This document shows, piece after piece, positions 19,964 through 30,273 of a DNA stretch of 64,000 bases. The notes beneath the pieces were generated by a model. It had not been told where the DNA came from, made no database searches, and saw only the letters and a program-made list of their open reading frames with translations. A program made the position numbers and the translations under genes. Every line of letters begins with the position of its first letter. Position 1 is the stretch's first letter. The stretch comes from an uncultured Bacteroides sp. (lineage in GTDB: Bacteria; Bacteroidota; Bacteroidia; Bacteroidales; Bacteroidaceae), in contig CALADS010000071.1 of assembly GCA_937890825.1 (NCBI GenBank), positions 28,262 through 92,261 on the forward strand, read 5' to 3'.

Positions 19964-20689
19964 TCAAATTTTACGGATAACGTATTCTGCCAAATAGCAG
20001 CCAAATACTGCCGGCATGTAACTCACTGTGCCACACGTAGACTTCTTGTTTTGCTCTTCATCGGTCAAAATCACCGCCTTTGCATCGGCCTGTTCAGTAC
20101 TGAATACCACAGGCAGCTTCCGTTTGAAGCCCATCTTCAGCAACCGCTTTCTCACAGCCTTGCTCAATCCACAATGATACGTATCCCACAGATCGGCAAA
20201 CCGCACTTGCGTAATGTCGCTTTTAGCTCCTGCCCCCATGCTAGACACTATCCGGATATGCCGTTTCATGGTTTCCATAATCAAATGACATTTAGGAGCC
20301 AGCGTATCAATGGCATCCACCACAAAGTCATAAGAAGCCTCATCCAGCAGTGCCGGTATCTGTTCGTCTTTCAGAAACACCGGATGCAACGTAAGTTCCA
20401 GTTTTGGATTGATATCACGAAGCCGGGTGGCCAACACCTCCACTTTAGGCTGTCCCAAAGTGGAATGCAGCGCAGGTAATTGCCGGTTGATGTTGGTAGG
20501 TTGCACCGTATCGGCATCCACTAGGGTCATCCGTCCCACCCCCGCACGGCAAATCATCTCGGCAGCATACGCTCCTACACCGCCTACCCCAACCACCAAC
20601 ACATGTGCACGGCGCAGACGTTCCATTTTCTCAGTTCCCAGCAGTAGTTGCGTGCGCTGCTGCCATTCTGGATAATCTCCGTTCATCAT
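19964..20689 (-). CDS. tcdA: tRNA threonylcarbamoyladenosine dehydratase (ThiF family)
   Basis: VGVGGVG, TNINRQ, VDAID, SSMGAGAK, PVVFSTE. Confidence 0.88.
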   Translation of the reverse strand: MMNGDYPEWQQRTQLLLGTEKMERLRRAHVLVVGVGGVGAYAAEMICRAGVGRMTLVDADTVQPTNINRQLPALHSTLGQPKVEVLATRLRDINPKLELTLHPVFLKDEQIPALLDEASYDFVVDAIDTLAPKCHLIMETMKRHIRIVSSMGAGAKSDITQVRFADLWDTYHCGLSKAVRKRLLKMGFKRKLPVVFSTEQADAKAVILTDEEQNKKSTCGTVSYMPAVFGCYLAEYVIRKI

Positions 20690-20698
20690 CTCTTTCTT

Positions 20699-22825
20699 TT
20701 ATTCTTTCTTAAACCAGTGATACAACCAGTTGCCCACCTTTTCATAATGTTCATTATCCCCCCGGGGGTTAGAAAATGACAACACATCCGGTTCGCCCAA
20801 CTGATCGGGATAAACTACCACCAAACTATTGTTAGCAAAATACTTACCCAATTGCATAGGAAGCTTCTCGAACGAACTGTCGTACGAGATGGAGCCCCTA
20901 CGGGCACTGACTATCACCAATAAATGATCATAGCTCACCTGCCCAGTCAAAATCAACAAATCATCCCAGTCATCCAGCAGCGAAAAATCGGTCAGCGTCT
21001 GGCCATGTTTCTTTTTAATCAACGCTTGCAGTCGTACGGTTGTTTCCTCATTGGCAAAGAAATGCACCCTGCATCCCAACGTTCCACCCATACGGCAAAA
21101 GTGCTCCACCCACTTTTGGAAACCTGCTTCATACTCAGCCTTAGGCGGCACTGCTACTATGATACGACGCAGTGTATTGATGGGAATCAGGAACTTGGAT
21201 ACAATCACTTCCCGGTGCAATCCCTTCAGCAAGCTTTCCGTAAGCATACCGAAAAAGGAGTCTACAATGTTCACCTTCCGGTGCAGACCGATAATTACAT
21301 CCGTCACCCCATACTCCTTGGCAGTATGAATGATGCCCGCCGCAATATTCAGGTCGTAGCGGCTAATCTGCTGCAGCGCCACGTCGGCAGATGCTGTAAT
21401 CATAGCAGCCTTCTCCAGATACCGTTTGCCACGTACACTCACCTGTTCCGACTGATTATTATCATTTACCACATTCAGCGCCAAGAGATTATCCTTTTGC
21501 TTCGGGTCGCGAATAACCAGTGACAGACTGATTAAATCTTCTATAGTATCCGGATTGGCTATGGGAATCAAAATCTTTTCAGGTTCGCGCGAACGGTCCA
21601 CTTCCGGCTGAGCCTCCTCCATCGCTATTTTCTTGGCAGCACGCTCAGTAACAAAAGAACTCACCACACACGTCACCAATATCAGCAGCACAGTGCCGTT
21701 CAACACATCATCATTCAGTAGCCGTTCTCCATTAGGCAGAATGATATTATAACCCACCAGTACCGCAGCTAGCGTAGCGGCTGCCTGTGCAGTACTCAAA
21801 CCGTACATCGATTCACGCTCTACAGCCGACATGCGGTAAATCTTCTGCGTCAACCAGCAAGCCAGCCATTTGCCCGACAATGCCATTACAATCATCACGC
21901 CAGCCACTTTCAATGCATCGCCTTCTCCCAATATTACATGGATATCAATAAGCATGCCCACCCCAATCAGGAAATAAGGAATAAAGAGCGCATTACCTAC
22001 AAACTCCAAGTGATTCATCAATGGCGACACATGAGGTATCAGCCTGTTTAACACCAGTCCGGCCAGGAAAGCTCCCAAAATGCCCTCCATACCCACAAAT
22101 TCCATGAGTCCGGCACCCAGAAAGACCATGGCCAATACAAAGATAAACTGCATCACATTATCGTCATACCGACGAAAGAACCACCGGCCGATGCGCGGGA
22201 AACTATAGATAATCACGGCCCCTAAAAAGAGCACCTTAATAACCAACCAAAGCCAGAACAGTCCGTCAGACTCTCCTTTAAACATTCCCCCGACAACGGC
22301 CAGCACCAGCAACGTCAGCGTATCAGTCACAGCCGTACCCCCTACTGCAATGCTCACACTGCGATGCCGGGACACGCCATACCTGATTACGATGGGATAG
22401 GCCACCAACGTGTGTGAAGCATACATACTGGCCAGCAAGACAGAAGTAAGCACTCCATACTTCAGGTAAGCCACATTCGCCACAAAACCTATGACAATAG
22501 GTACCACAAAAGCCAGCAATCCCAGCACCAGGGCCTTGCCCCGATTCTGCTTGAAGTCTCCCATATTCATTTCCAGTCCTGCCAAAAACATAATATAGTA
22601 GAGCCCCACTTTGCCAAACAGCTCAAAACTGCTGTCTCTTACCAAAATATTGAAACCATGCTCACCAACCACCAATCCTGCCAAAATCATTCCTATGATA
22701 TGAGGAATGCGCAACTTATTCAGTAAGATAGGTGCAAACAAGATAATCAAAAGTACCAGGAGAAATATCCAAGTAGGGTCAGTAATGGGAAGTTTCAAAG
22801 TCAGGTCAAGCCATTCCATAAGCAA
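20699..22825 (-). CDS. Cation:proton antiporter (CPA2) with C-terminal USP-like domain
   Basis: ~12 TM helices, FLAGLEM, GAFLAGL; soluble C-terminus starting ILIPIANP. Confidence 0.88.
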   Translation of the reverse strand: MLMEWLDLTLKLPITDPTWIFLLVLLIILFAPILLNKLRIPHIIGMILAGLVVGEHGFNILVRDSSFELFGKVGLYYIMFLAGLEMNMGDFKQNRGKALVLGLLAFVVPIVIGFVANVAYLKYGVLTSVLLASMYASHTLVAYPIVIRYGVSRHRSVSIAVGGTAVTDTLTLLVLAVVGGMFKGESDGLFWLWLVIKVLFLGAVIIYSFPRIGRWFFRRYDDNVMQFIFVLAMVFLGAGLMEFVGMEGILGAFLAGLVLNRLIPHVSPLMNHLEFVGNALFIPYFLIGVGMLIDIHVILGEGDALKVAGVMIVMALSGKWLACWLTQKIYRMSAVERESMYGLSTAQAAATLAAVLVGYNIILPNGERLLNDDVLNGTVLLILVTCVVSSFVTERAAKKIAMEEAQPEVDRSREPEKILIPIANPDTIEDLISLSLVIRDPKQKDNLLALNVVNDNNQSEQVSVRGKRYLEKAAMITASADVALQQISRYDLNIAAGIIHTAKEYGVTDVIIGLHRKVNIVDSFFGMLTESLLKGLHREVIVSKFLIPINTLRRIIVAVPPKAEYEAGFQKWVEHFCRMGGTLGCRVHFFANEETTVRLQALIKKKHGQTLTDFSLLDDWDDLLILTGQVSYDHLLVIVSARRGSISYDSSFEKLPMQLGKYFANNSLVVVYPDQLGEPDVLSFSNPRGDNEHYEKVGNWLYHWFKKE

Positions 22826-22941
22826 CTGTATTAAGTTTACCGATGCAAAATAACAAAAAAGTTTTCAATTCCGCGGGCTTCCTCAGCAAATTGTTATAAA
22901 TTTGCAGCGAAAATCATCATAAAAATAAAAAACAAAAAAAA

Positions 22942-23943
22942 ATGAAAGTAGCAATTGTTGGAGCAAGCGGAGCCGTAGGACAAGAATTCCTGCGAGTGCT
23001 CGATGAAAGAAATTTTCCGCTGGATGAGTTAGTTCTTTTCGGTTCCAAACGTAGCGCAGGTACCAAATACACCTTCCGCGGTAAAGAAATCGAGGTCAAA
23101 CTCTTGCAGCACAACGATGACTTTAAAGGAGTAGATATTGCCTTCACTTCCGCAGGCGGTAGCACTTCCATCGAATTTGCCGAAACCATCACCAAGCATG
23201 GAGCCATCATGATTGATAACTCCAGCGCCTTCCGTATGGATAGCGATGTACCCTTGGTAGTGCCCGAAGTAAATCCTGAAGATGCACTGAACCGTCCGCG
23301 CGGCATCATCGCCAATCCTAACTGTACCACCATTCAGATGGTAGTGGCCCTGAAAGCCATTGAGCAACTTTCTCACATCAAAACCGTACACGTGTCTACC
23401 TATCAGGCAGCCAGCGGTGCAGGAGCCGCAGCCATGGACGAGCTGTACGAACAATACCGCCAAGTGCTGGCAGGCGAACCCGTCAAAGTAGAGAAATTTG
23501 CTTATCAGCTGGCTTTCAATCTGATTCCCCAGATTGATGTGTTTACCGACAACGGTTACACCAAAGAAGAAATGAAGATGTTCAACGAGACCCGTAAGAT
23601 TATGCACTCCGATATCAAGGTAAGTGCCACTTGTGTACGCGTGCCTGCCCTGCGCTCTCACTCTGAAAGCATCTGGGTGGAAACCGAACGTCCTATCTCG
23701 GTAGAAGAAGCGCGTGAAGCCTTCAGTAAAGGCGACGGGCTGGTACTGATGGACAACCCTGCCGAAAAGGAATACCCCATGCCGCTCTTCCTGGCTGGAA
23801 AAGACCCCGTATACGTAGGCCGTATCCGCAAAGACCTGACCAACGAAAACGGACTGACCTTCTGGATTGTAGGCGACCAGATTAAGAAAGGGGCCGCACT
23901 GAATGCCGTACAAATAGCAGAATGGCTGATTAAGCAGAAATAA
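22942..23943 (+). CDS. asd: Aspartate-semialdehyde dehydrogenase
   Basis: [37 protein letters not shown]. Confidence 0.97.
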   Translation: MKVAIVGASGAVGQEFLRVLDERNFPLDELVLFGSKRSAGTKYTFRGKEIEVKLLQHNDDFKGVDIAFTSAGGSTSIEFAETITKHGAIMIDNSSAFRMDSDVPLVVPEVNPEDALNRPRGIIANPNCTTIQMVVALKAIEQLSHIKTVHVSTYQAASGAGAAAMDELYEQYRQVLAGEPVKVEKFAYQLAFNLIPQIDVFTDNGYTKEEMKMFNETRKIMHSDIKVSATCVRVPALRSHSESIWVETERPISVEEAREAFSKGDGLVLMDNPAEKEYPMPLFLAGKDPVYVGRIRKDLTNENGLTFWIVGDQIKKGAALNAVQIAEWLIKQK

Positions 23944-23964
23944 TCAACCCATTCTTATCATCAT

Positions 23965-24000
23965 AAATAGGGTGTATCGCACAAGTGATACACCCTATTT
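23965..24000. terminator. Bidirectional terminator after asd
   Basis: AAATAGGGTGTATC...GATACACCCTATTT. Confidence 0.8.
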
Positions 24001-24067
24001 TAGTATAGGGGCAATGTCGGTTTCCACCTGAAGATGTCGGCATTGCCCAGGAAAGCGGACTAGTTTC

Positions 24068-24151
24068 TCAATCGGCCATAATAATCACCACCCGGTTCCA
24101 ATCGTTGTTCTTAGAGAACGGCTGTTCGTCGCCCTCCATACTCATTACTTT
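24068..24151 (-). pseudogene. C-terminal remnant of an OmpA-family protein gene
   Basis: Reads (KV)MSMEGDEQPFSKNNDWNRVVIIMAD*, resembling the QPF..N.WNRVV end of Bacteroidales OmpA-like domains; followed by a hairpin at 24009-24048. Confidence 0.6.
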
Positions 24152-24279
24152 GTGTCATCAATCGGAAATGTTAGTCAGGAAACCATCAAGAAGTACATCG
24201 AAAACCAAGGGTAGCTGCGCTACCCCGCATTTTTCATCCCCTAAACTGAAAATTTAGGGGTTTTCAAATGCGAGCCTCT
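24146..24279. mobile_element. tnpA: IS200/IS605-family remnant: tnpA 3' end plus left end
   Basis: Plus strand 24146-24214 reads YFVSSIGNVSQETIKKYIENQG* (Y1 transposase C-terminus with the catalytic Tyr helix). Minus strand reads TTAT|15 nt|AAAA|CCCCTAAATTTTCAGTTTAGGGG|AT, the IS608-type left-end layout. Confidence 0.85.
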
Positions 24280-24290
24280 ATAAAAAAACA

Positions 24291-24316
24291 AGGAGAGCAC
24301 CTTGGGGCACTCTCCT
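24291..24316 (-). terminator. Intrinsic terminator after glyQS-FKBP
   Basis: AGGAGAGTGCCCCAAGGTGCTCTCCT followed by a T-tract on the minus strand. Confidence 0.7.
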
Positions 24317-24375
24317 CATAGAGTATACCGGCTTTTTTCAGGGGCCGGTGGCAATTTGGCAATTTGGCAAAATGA

Positions 24376-25017
24376 TTATTTCACCTGTTCGAGCTGAAGG
24401 TCGAAAGTCAAAGCTGAATAGCCCAGGATATTACCGTTATCGGAAGTGCCATAAGCACTCTGATGAGGTATGTAGAGCATCCAGCGTTCACCCTCGTGCA
24501 TGTATTGCAAAGCAACCGTCCAGCCGGCTATCACCTCGCTAACCTTGAATTCAGCCGGTGAATCGAAGGCGGTAGGCGCCTTTTGGGCAGCATCCAGCGT
24601 ACCTTTATCGGTGGCACTGAATCCCTTGAAGTTTCCGTCGAAGCGTTCGCCCAGGATGTTGGTGCCGTAGTAGAACACCGAAACGGCATCGGTGAGCACG
24701 GGAGGATCGCCCAAAGAAACCCCGGCACGCTTCACCTTCTTGCAATACACGTATTGCTTGGCTTCGTTGGTGCTGGCTGTGGTCTCCAGCGCAAACACCA
24801 CGTTGTCTGCTATGTCTTCCACCTTCACCTTGCCCGTGGTCTCGGAAGAGCCCAGCGGCACCAGACGGTCGGCTGCCAAAGCGTGGATGGAGTCTGTAAA
24901 AGCCTGATTCCTCGCCTCCCAGTTGTCGTAGATGCTCACCTCTTCCACTTCGTCGCAAGAGGCCAGCACACCTGCCCACAACAGCAGAGACATTATATAT
25001 ATAAGGTATCTGTTCAT
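24376..25017 (-). CDS. FKBP-type peptidyl-prolyl isomerase, lipoprotein
   Basis: Lipobox LASC; VFYYG, VIAGWTVALQYMHEGERWMLYIPHQSAYG. Confidence 0.9.
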   Translation of the reverse strand: MNRYLIYIMSLLLWAGVLASCDEVEEVSIYDNWEARNQAFTDSIHALAADRLVPLGSSETTGKVKVEDIADNVVFALETTASTNEAKQYVYCKKVKRAGVSLGDPPVLTDAVSVFYYGTNILGERFDGNFKGFSATDKGTLDAAQKAPTAFDSPAEFKVSEVIAGWTVALQYMHEGERWMLYIPHQSAYGTSDNGNILGYSALTFDLQLEQVK

Positions 25018-25027
25018 AGGCGTGGAT

Positions 25028-26569
25028 TTACAGTGTCTTCAGCAGGGAAGTGATACTTACACGGTCGGCAATGATATGATCCAGTTCGGAGATAGCTACG
25101 CGTTCTTGCTCCATGGTGTCGCGGTTGCGCAGCGTCACACAGTTGTCCTCCAAGGTCTGATGGTCTACCGTGATACAGTAGGGTGTACCGATAGCATCCT
25201 GACGGCGGTAACGTTTTCCGATACTGTCTTTCTCGTCGTACTGGCAGTGGAAATGGAATTTCAATCCATCGATAATTTCGCGTGCTTTTTCGGGCAGTCC
25301 GTCTTTCTTTACCAGCGGCATTACGGCCAGCTTCACCGGTGCCAGGGCAGCAGGCAATTTCAATACTACGCGGGTTTCGCCGTTCTCCAGCTTTTCTTCG
25401 CAGTAAGAAGCCGACATGATGCTGAGGAACATACGGTCTACACCGATAGAGGTTTCGATAACGTAGGGCACGTAGCTTTCATTGGTTTCAGGATCGAAAT
25501 ACTTGATGTTCTTACCCGAGAATTTCTCGTGCTGAGAAAGGTCGAAATTAGTACGGCTGTGAATACCTTCCACTTCTTTGAAACCAAACGGCATTAGGAA
25601 CTCGATATCGGTAGCAGCATTGGCATAGTGAGCCAGCTTTTCATGGTCGTGATAGCGGTAATGATCATCACCGAATCCCAGTGCCTTGTGCCATTTCAAG
25701 CGGGTTTCCTTCCATTGCTTAAACCATTCCAGCTCGGTGCCCGGCTTCACGAAGAACTGCATTTCCATCTGCTCGAACTCGCGCATACGGAAGATGAACT
25801 GACGAGCCACAATCTCGTTGCGGAAGGCCTTACCTATCTGAGCGATACCGAAAGGAATCTTCATACGGCCGGTCTTCTGCACGTTGAGGTAGTTCACAAA
25901 GATACCTTGCGCCGTTTCGGGACGGAGATATACCTTCATAGCGCCGTCGGAAGTAGAACCCATCTCGGTAGAGAACATCAGGTTGAACTGACGTACTTCC
26001 GTCCAGTTCTTGGTACCGCTGATGGGGCATACGATTTCCTCGTCCAGGATAATCTGACGCAATTCATTCAAGTCGGGACCTGCATTCATAGCGTCGCTAT
26101 AGCGTTGGTGCAGGGCATCGCGCTTAGCCTGATGTTCCAGCACACGAGCATTGGTGCTGCGGAACTGAGCTTCATCGAAGGCATCGCCGAAACGCTTGGC
26201 AGCCTTGGCCACTTCTTTGTTGATTTTCTCTTCGTATTTAGCTATCTGGTCTTCTATCAGCACGTCGGCGCGATAGCGTTTCTTAGAGTCGCGGTTGTCT
26301 ATCAGCGGGTCGTTGAATGCATCCACGTGTCCGCTGGCTTTCCAGATGGTGGGGTGCATGAAGATAGCCGAATCGATACCCACGATATTCTCGTGCAGCA
26401 GCACCATGCTTTGCCACCAGTATTGCTTGATGTTGTTTTTCAGTTCCACACCCATTTGGCCGTAATCATATACGGCTCCTAAACCATCGTAAATCTCACT
26501 GCTGGGAAATACGAAACCATATTCCTTACAATGTGATACGAGTTTTTTAAAAACGTCTTCTTGTGCCAT
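25028..26569 (-). CDS. glyQS: Glycine--tRNA ligase (alpha2 type)
   Basis: LRPETAQGIF, GKAFRNEI, FRMREFEQMEMQFF, SIGKRYRRQDAIGTP. Confidence 0.96.
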   Translation of the reverse strand: MAQEDVFKKLVSHCKEYGFVFPSSEIYDGLGAVYDYGQMGVELKNNIKQYWWQSMVLLHENIVGIDSAIFMHPTIWKASGHVDAFNDPLIDNRDSKKRYRADVLIEDQIAKYEEKINKEVAKAAKRFGDAFDEAQFRSTNARVLEHQAKRDALHQRYSDAMNAGPDLNELRQIILDEEIVCPISGTKNWTEVRQFNLMFSTEMGSTSDGAMKVYLRPETAQGIFVNYLNVQKTGRMKIPFGIAQIGKAFRNEIVARQFIFRMREFEQMEMQFFVKPGTELEWFKQWKETRLKWHKALGFGDDHYRYHDHEKLAHYANAATDIEFLMPFGFKEVEGIHSRTNFDLSQHEKFSGKNIKYFDPETNESYVPYVIETSIGVDRMFLSIMSASYCEEKLENGETRVVLKLPAALAPVKLAVMPLVKKDGLPEKAREIIDGLKFHFHCQYDEKDSIGKRYRRQDAIGTPYCITVDHQTLEDNCVTLRNRDTMEQERVAISELDHIIADRVSITSLLKTL

Positions 26570-26767
26570 TTCTGTTATTTCTTAATGTATTTATAGTCTT
26601 CTTTTTTACGATAAAACGCCACAAAGATAGGTATTTATCTTAGAAGTAGGGCAACGGTGAGGTAAAATCATGCACGTAGTTTTCGAAAAATGAAATAAAA
26701 ATTGTATTTTTGCCTGCAACAGTCTTATCAGACCGTGAATCATAAACAGACAATTCCCAATACATCT

Positions 26768-29443
26768 ATGAGCGAAGATTTTGAAGGCCCAAACGAAGAG
26801 TTGAATAGTGAATTACCCAATGGAAAAGAAAGTCATTCTGACTACAAGCCTGCCGACAAGAAAGATGCCAATGTGAAGCATCAGCTGAGCGGCATGTACC
26901 AGAACTGGTTCTTGGATTATGCCTCGTACGTAATTCTGGAGCGCGCCGTGCCCCATATTATGGACGGCCTGAAACCTGTGCAGCGACGTATCCTGCATTC
27001 CATGCGCCGCATGGAAGACGGAAGATACAATAAGGTGGCCAACATCGTGGGGCATACCATGCAGTTTCACCCGCACGGAGATGCTTCCATCGGAGATGCA
27101 CTGGTGCAATTGGGACAGAAAGATTTACTGATAGATTGTCAGGGAAACTGGGGGAATATCTTGACGGGCGACAGCGCTGCTGCGCCACGTTACATCGAGG
27201 CACGACTTTCCAAATTTGCCCTGGATGTGGTATTCAATCCTAAAACTACGGTATGGAAACTGTCTTACGACGGACGAAACAAGGAGCCGGTTACCCTGCC
27301 CGTAAAATATCCGCTCTTGCTGGCGCAGGGTGTAGAGGGTATTGCCGTGGGATTATCGTCTAAAATATTGCCGCACAACTTTAATGAACTGTGCCAGGCG
27401 GCTATCCATTACCTGCATCAGGAGGAGTTCCAGCTCTATCCCGACTTCCTGACGGGGGGAAGTATCGACGTGAGTAAGTATAACGACGGAGAACGAGGGG
27501 GAGCCGTGCGCATCCGGGCGAAGATAGAGAAGGTGGACAACAAGACCCTAGCGGTGCGCGAGATTCCCTATGGGAAGACCGTGGCCAGTGTGTGCGACTC
27601 CATCGTAAAGGCCAGCGAGAAAGGGAAAATCAAGGTGAAGAAGGTGGAAGACCTGACATCGGGCAGCGTGGAGATTCTGGTACACCTGGCTCCGGGAACT
27701 TCGTCGGACAAGACCATTGATGCGCTCTATGCCTTTACCGACTGCGAGGTGAGCATCTCGCCCAACTGCTGCGTCATCGACAACCAGAAGCCCCACTTCC
27801 TTACGGTGAGTGATGTGCTGAAGAAATCGGTAGACAACACCCTGGATTTGCTTAAACAGGAACTAGAAATCCGCAAAGGCGAAGTGCTGGAAAACTTGCA
27901 TTTCTCTTCGCTGGAAAAAATCTTCATCGAAGAACGTATCTATAAGGATACCGCATTCGAACAAGCCAAGGATATGGATGCTGCCTGCGAACACATCGAC
28001 GAGCGGCTTACGCCTTATTACCCCACGTTTATCCGGGAAGTGACCAAGGAGGATATCCTGAAACTGATAGAAATCAAGATGGCGCGTATCCTGAAATTCA
28101 ATTCCGACAAGGCAGAAGAACTCATTGCCCGCATGAAAGCAGAGGTGGAAGAGATAAACCAACACCTGGCCCACATCGTGGAGTATACGGTGGAATGGTT
28201 CCGGATGCTGCAAGCCAAATACGGCAAGGACTTTCCGCGCCGCACGGAGCTGCGCAGCTTCGACACCATCGACTCCAGCAAGGTGGCCGAGGCCAACGAG
28301 AAGCTGTACATCAACCGGGAAGAGGGCTTCATAGGCACCGGCCTGAAGAAGGATGAATTTGTGGCCAACTGCTCTAACCTGGACGACGTAATTCTGTTCT
28401 TCCGCGACGGACGCTACTTGGTGACACCGGTGGCTGACAAAAAGTTTGTAGGAAAGAACATACTCTATGCCAATGTATTCAAGAAGAACGATAAGCGCAC
28501 CATCTACAATGTGTGCTACCGCAACGGAAAAGACGGAACCAGTTACATCAAACGCTTTGCCGTAACCAGTGTGGTGCGCGACCGTGAATACGACGTGACA
28601 CAAGGCACGCCGGACTCTCGCATCACGTATTTCTCGGCCAACCCCAACGGAGAAGCGGAAATCATCAAAGTGACGCTGAAACCCAATCCGCGGGTGCGGC
28701 GCATCATCTTTGAAGAGGACTTCAGCCAGATAAACATCAAAGGACGGCAGGCCATGGGAAATATCTTGACCAAACTGCCGGTACACAAGATTGCCTTGAA
28801 GCAGCGGGGAGGTTCTACACTGGGCGGACGCAAGGTGTGGTTCGACAACGATGTGCTGCGACTGAACTACGACGAGCGCGGAGAATTTCTGGGGGAATTC
28901 CAGAGCGACGACCTCATCCTGGTGGTGCTGAACAACGGTGAATTCTATACCACCAACTTCGACGCCAATAACCACTACGAAGATAATATACGCGTACTGG
29001 AGAAATACGACCCCAACAAGGTGTGGACCGCCGTACTGTATGACGCCGACCAGCAGAATTACCCCTATATCAAACGCTTCTCCTTTGAAGCCAGTAACCG
29101 GAAACAGAATTACTTGGGCGAAAATAAAAACAGCCGCCTCATCTTACTGACCGACGAATATTATCCAAGACTGGAGGTAATCTTCGGCGGACACGACGCT
29201 TTCCGCGAACCGATGATTGTAGATGCAGACGACTTTATCGGCATCAAAGGATTCAAGGCGAAAGGAAAGAGACTGACCACCTATACCCTGGACACCATCA
29301 ACGAACTGGAGCCCACCCGCCAGCCGGAGCCTAAGGCCGAGGACGACAGAGAAGAAGAGGAGCCGGAGATTCTGGACCCCGACCACGGTAAAAGCGAGGG
29401 GGACATCCTAGATGAACTGACTGGTCAGATGAAATTATTTTAA
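26768..29443 (+). CDS. parC: DNA topoisomerase IV subunit A
   Basis: DGLKPVQRR, FHPHGDASI, AAPRYIEARL; Bacteroidetes ParC-type; start moved to ATG 26768. Confidence 0.9.
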   Translation: MSEDFEGPNEELNSELPNGKESHSDYKPADKKDANVKHQLSGMYQNWFLDYASYVILERAVPHIMDGLKPVQRRILHSMRRMEDGRYNKVANIVGHTMQFHPHGDASIGDALVQLGQKDLLIDCQGNWGNILTGDSAAAPRYIEARLSKFALDVVFNPKTTVWKLSYDGRNKEPVTLPVKYPLLLAQGVEGIAVGLSSKILPHNFNELCQAAIHYLHQEEFQLYPDFLTGGSIDVSKYNDGERGGAVRIRAKIEKVDNKTLAVREIPYGKTVASVCDSIVKASEKGKIKVKKVEDLTSGSVEILVHLAPGTSSDKTIDALYAFTDCEVSISPNCCVIDNQKPHFLTVSDVLKKSVDNTLDLLKQELEIRKGEVLENLHFSSLEKIFIEERIYKDTAFEQAKDMDAACEHIDERLTPYYPTFIREVTKEDILKLIEIKMARILKFNSDKAEELIARMKAEVEEINQHLAHIVEYTVEWFRMLQAKYGKDFPRRTELRSFDTIDSSKVAEANEKLYINREEGFIGTGLKKDEFVANCSNLDDVILFFRDGRYLVTPVADKKFVGKNILYANVFKKNDKRTIYNVCYRNGKDGTSYIKRFAVTSVVRDREYDVTQGTPDSRITYFSANPNGEAEIIKVTLKPNPRVRRIIFEEDFSQINIKGRQAMGNILTKLPVHKIALKQRGGSTLGGRKVWFDNDVLRLNYDERGEFLGEFQSDDLILVVLNNGEFYTTNFDANNHYEDNIRVLEKYDPNKVWTAVLYDADQQNYPYIKRFSFEASNRKQNYLGENKNSRLILLTDEYYPRLEVIFGGHDAFREPMIVDADDFIGIKGFKAKGKRLTTYTLDTINELEPTRQPEPKAEDDREEEEPEILDPDHGKSEGDILDELTGQMKLF

Positions 29444-29455
29444 CGGAACGCTTTC

Positions 29456-30271
29456 ATGAAAAGAACGATTATCGCAGCATTACTGACAAGCTGCCTGCTG
29501 GGAACAGGGAACACCGCAGCAGCACAAGAAATGCAGCAACGGCCCATTACCCGTGCCACGCTCTACGGAGCCGGCTTCACCAATGTATTCGACACGTACC
29601 TCTCTCCGCAAGAATATAAAGGGGTGGAATTCCGCATCTCGCGCGAAAGCATGCGCATAACTCGCTGGGGAAACGGCAATTTCTCACGCCAGGTGTTCTT
29701 TGAAGGAAACGTGGGCTACACAGAAAACCGCGTGGACAACAATCACATGCTCTCGGCCTTGGTACACTGGAGCTATGGCGTGCATTATCACTTTCCACTA
29801 ACCGAGAACTTCCGCCTGCTGGCAGGTGCCTCGGGGGACATAAACGGAGGATTTCTATACAATCTGCGCAACGGCAACAACCCGGCCCAGGCCAGGGCTT
29901 ATGCCAACCTGGCAGCATCGGGAATGGCCATCTGGAAAGTGCGCATCAAAAACTACCCCATCACCCTGCGCTATCAGCTAGACATGCCGCTGATGGGGGT
30001 AATGTTCTCACCCCACTACGGACAGTCGTACTACGAAATCTTTTCGCTGGGACATGGCGAAGGAGTAGTGAAATTTACTTCGCTACACAACCAACCCTCG
30101 CTGCGGCAACGGCTGACAGCCGACTTTCCGGTGGGGCGCGCCACCCTGCGGCTGGGCTATACCTGGGATGCACAGCAAGCCAAAGTAAATGGACTGAAAA
30201 ACCACACCTATTCACATGTATTTATGGTAGGATTCGTTAAGAAATTCTGCCTGATAAACCCTGACAAATAA
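29456..30271 (+). CDS. Outer-membrane beta-barrel protein (DUF3316-like)
   Basis: Signal peptide, DTYLSP motif, NGNNPAQA, amphipathic strands. Confidence 0.7.
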   Translation: MKRTIIAALLTSCLLGTGNTAAAQEMQQRPITRATLYGAGFTNVFDTYLSPQEYKGVEFRISRESMRITRWGNGNFSRQVFFEGNVGYTENRVDNNHMLSALVHWSYGVHYHFPLTENFRLLAGASGDINGGFLYNLRNGNNPAQARAYANLAASGMAIWKVRIKNYPITLRYQLDMPLMGVMFSPHYGQSYYEIFSLGHGEGVVKFTSLHNQPSLRQRLTADFPVGRATLRLGYTWDAQQAKVNGLKNHTYSHVFMVGFVKKFCLINPDK

Positions 30272-30273
30272 CC

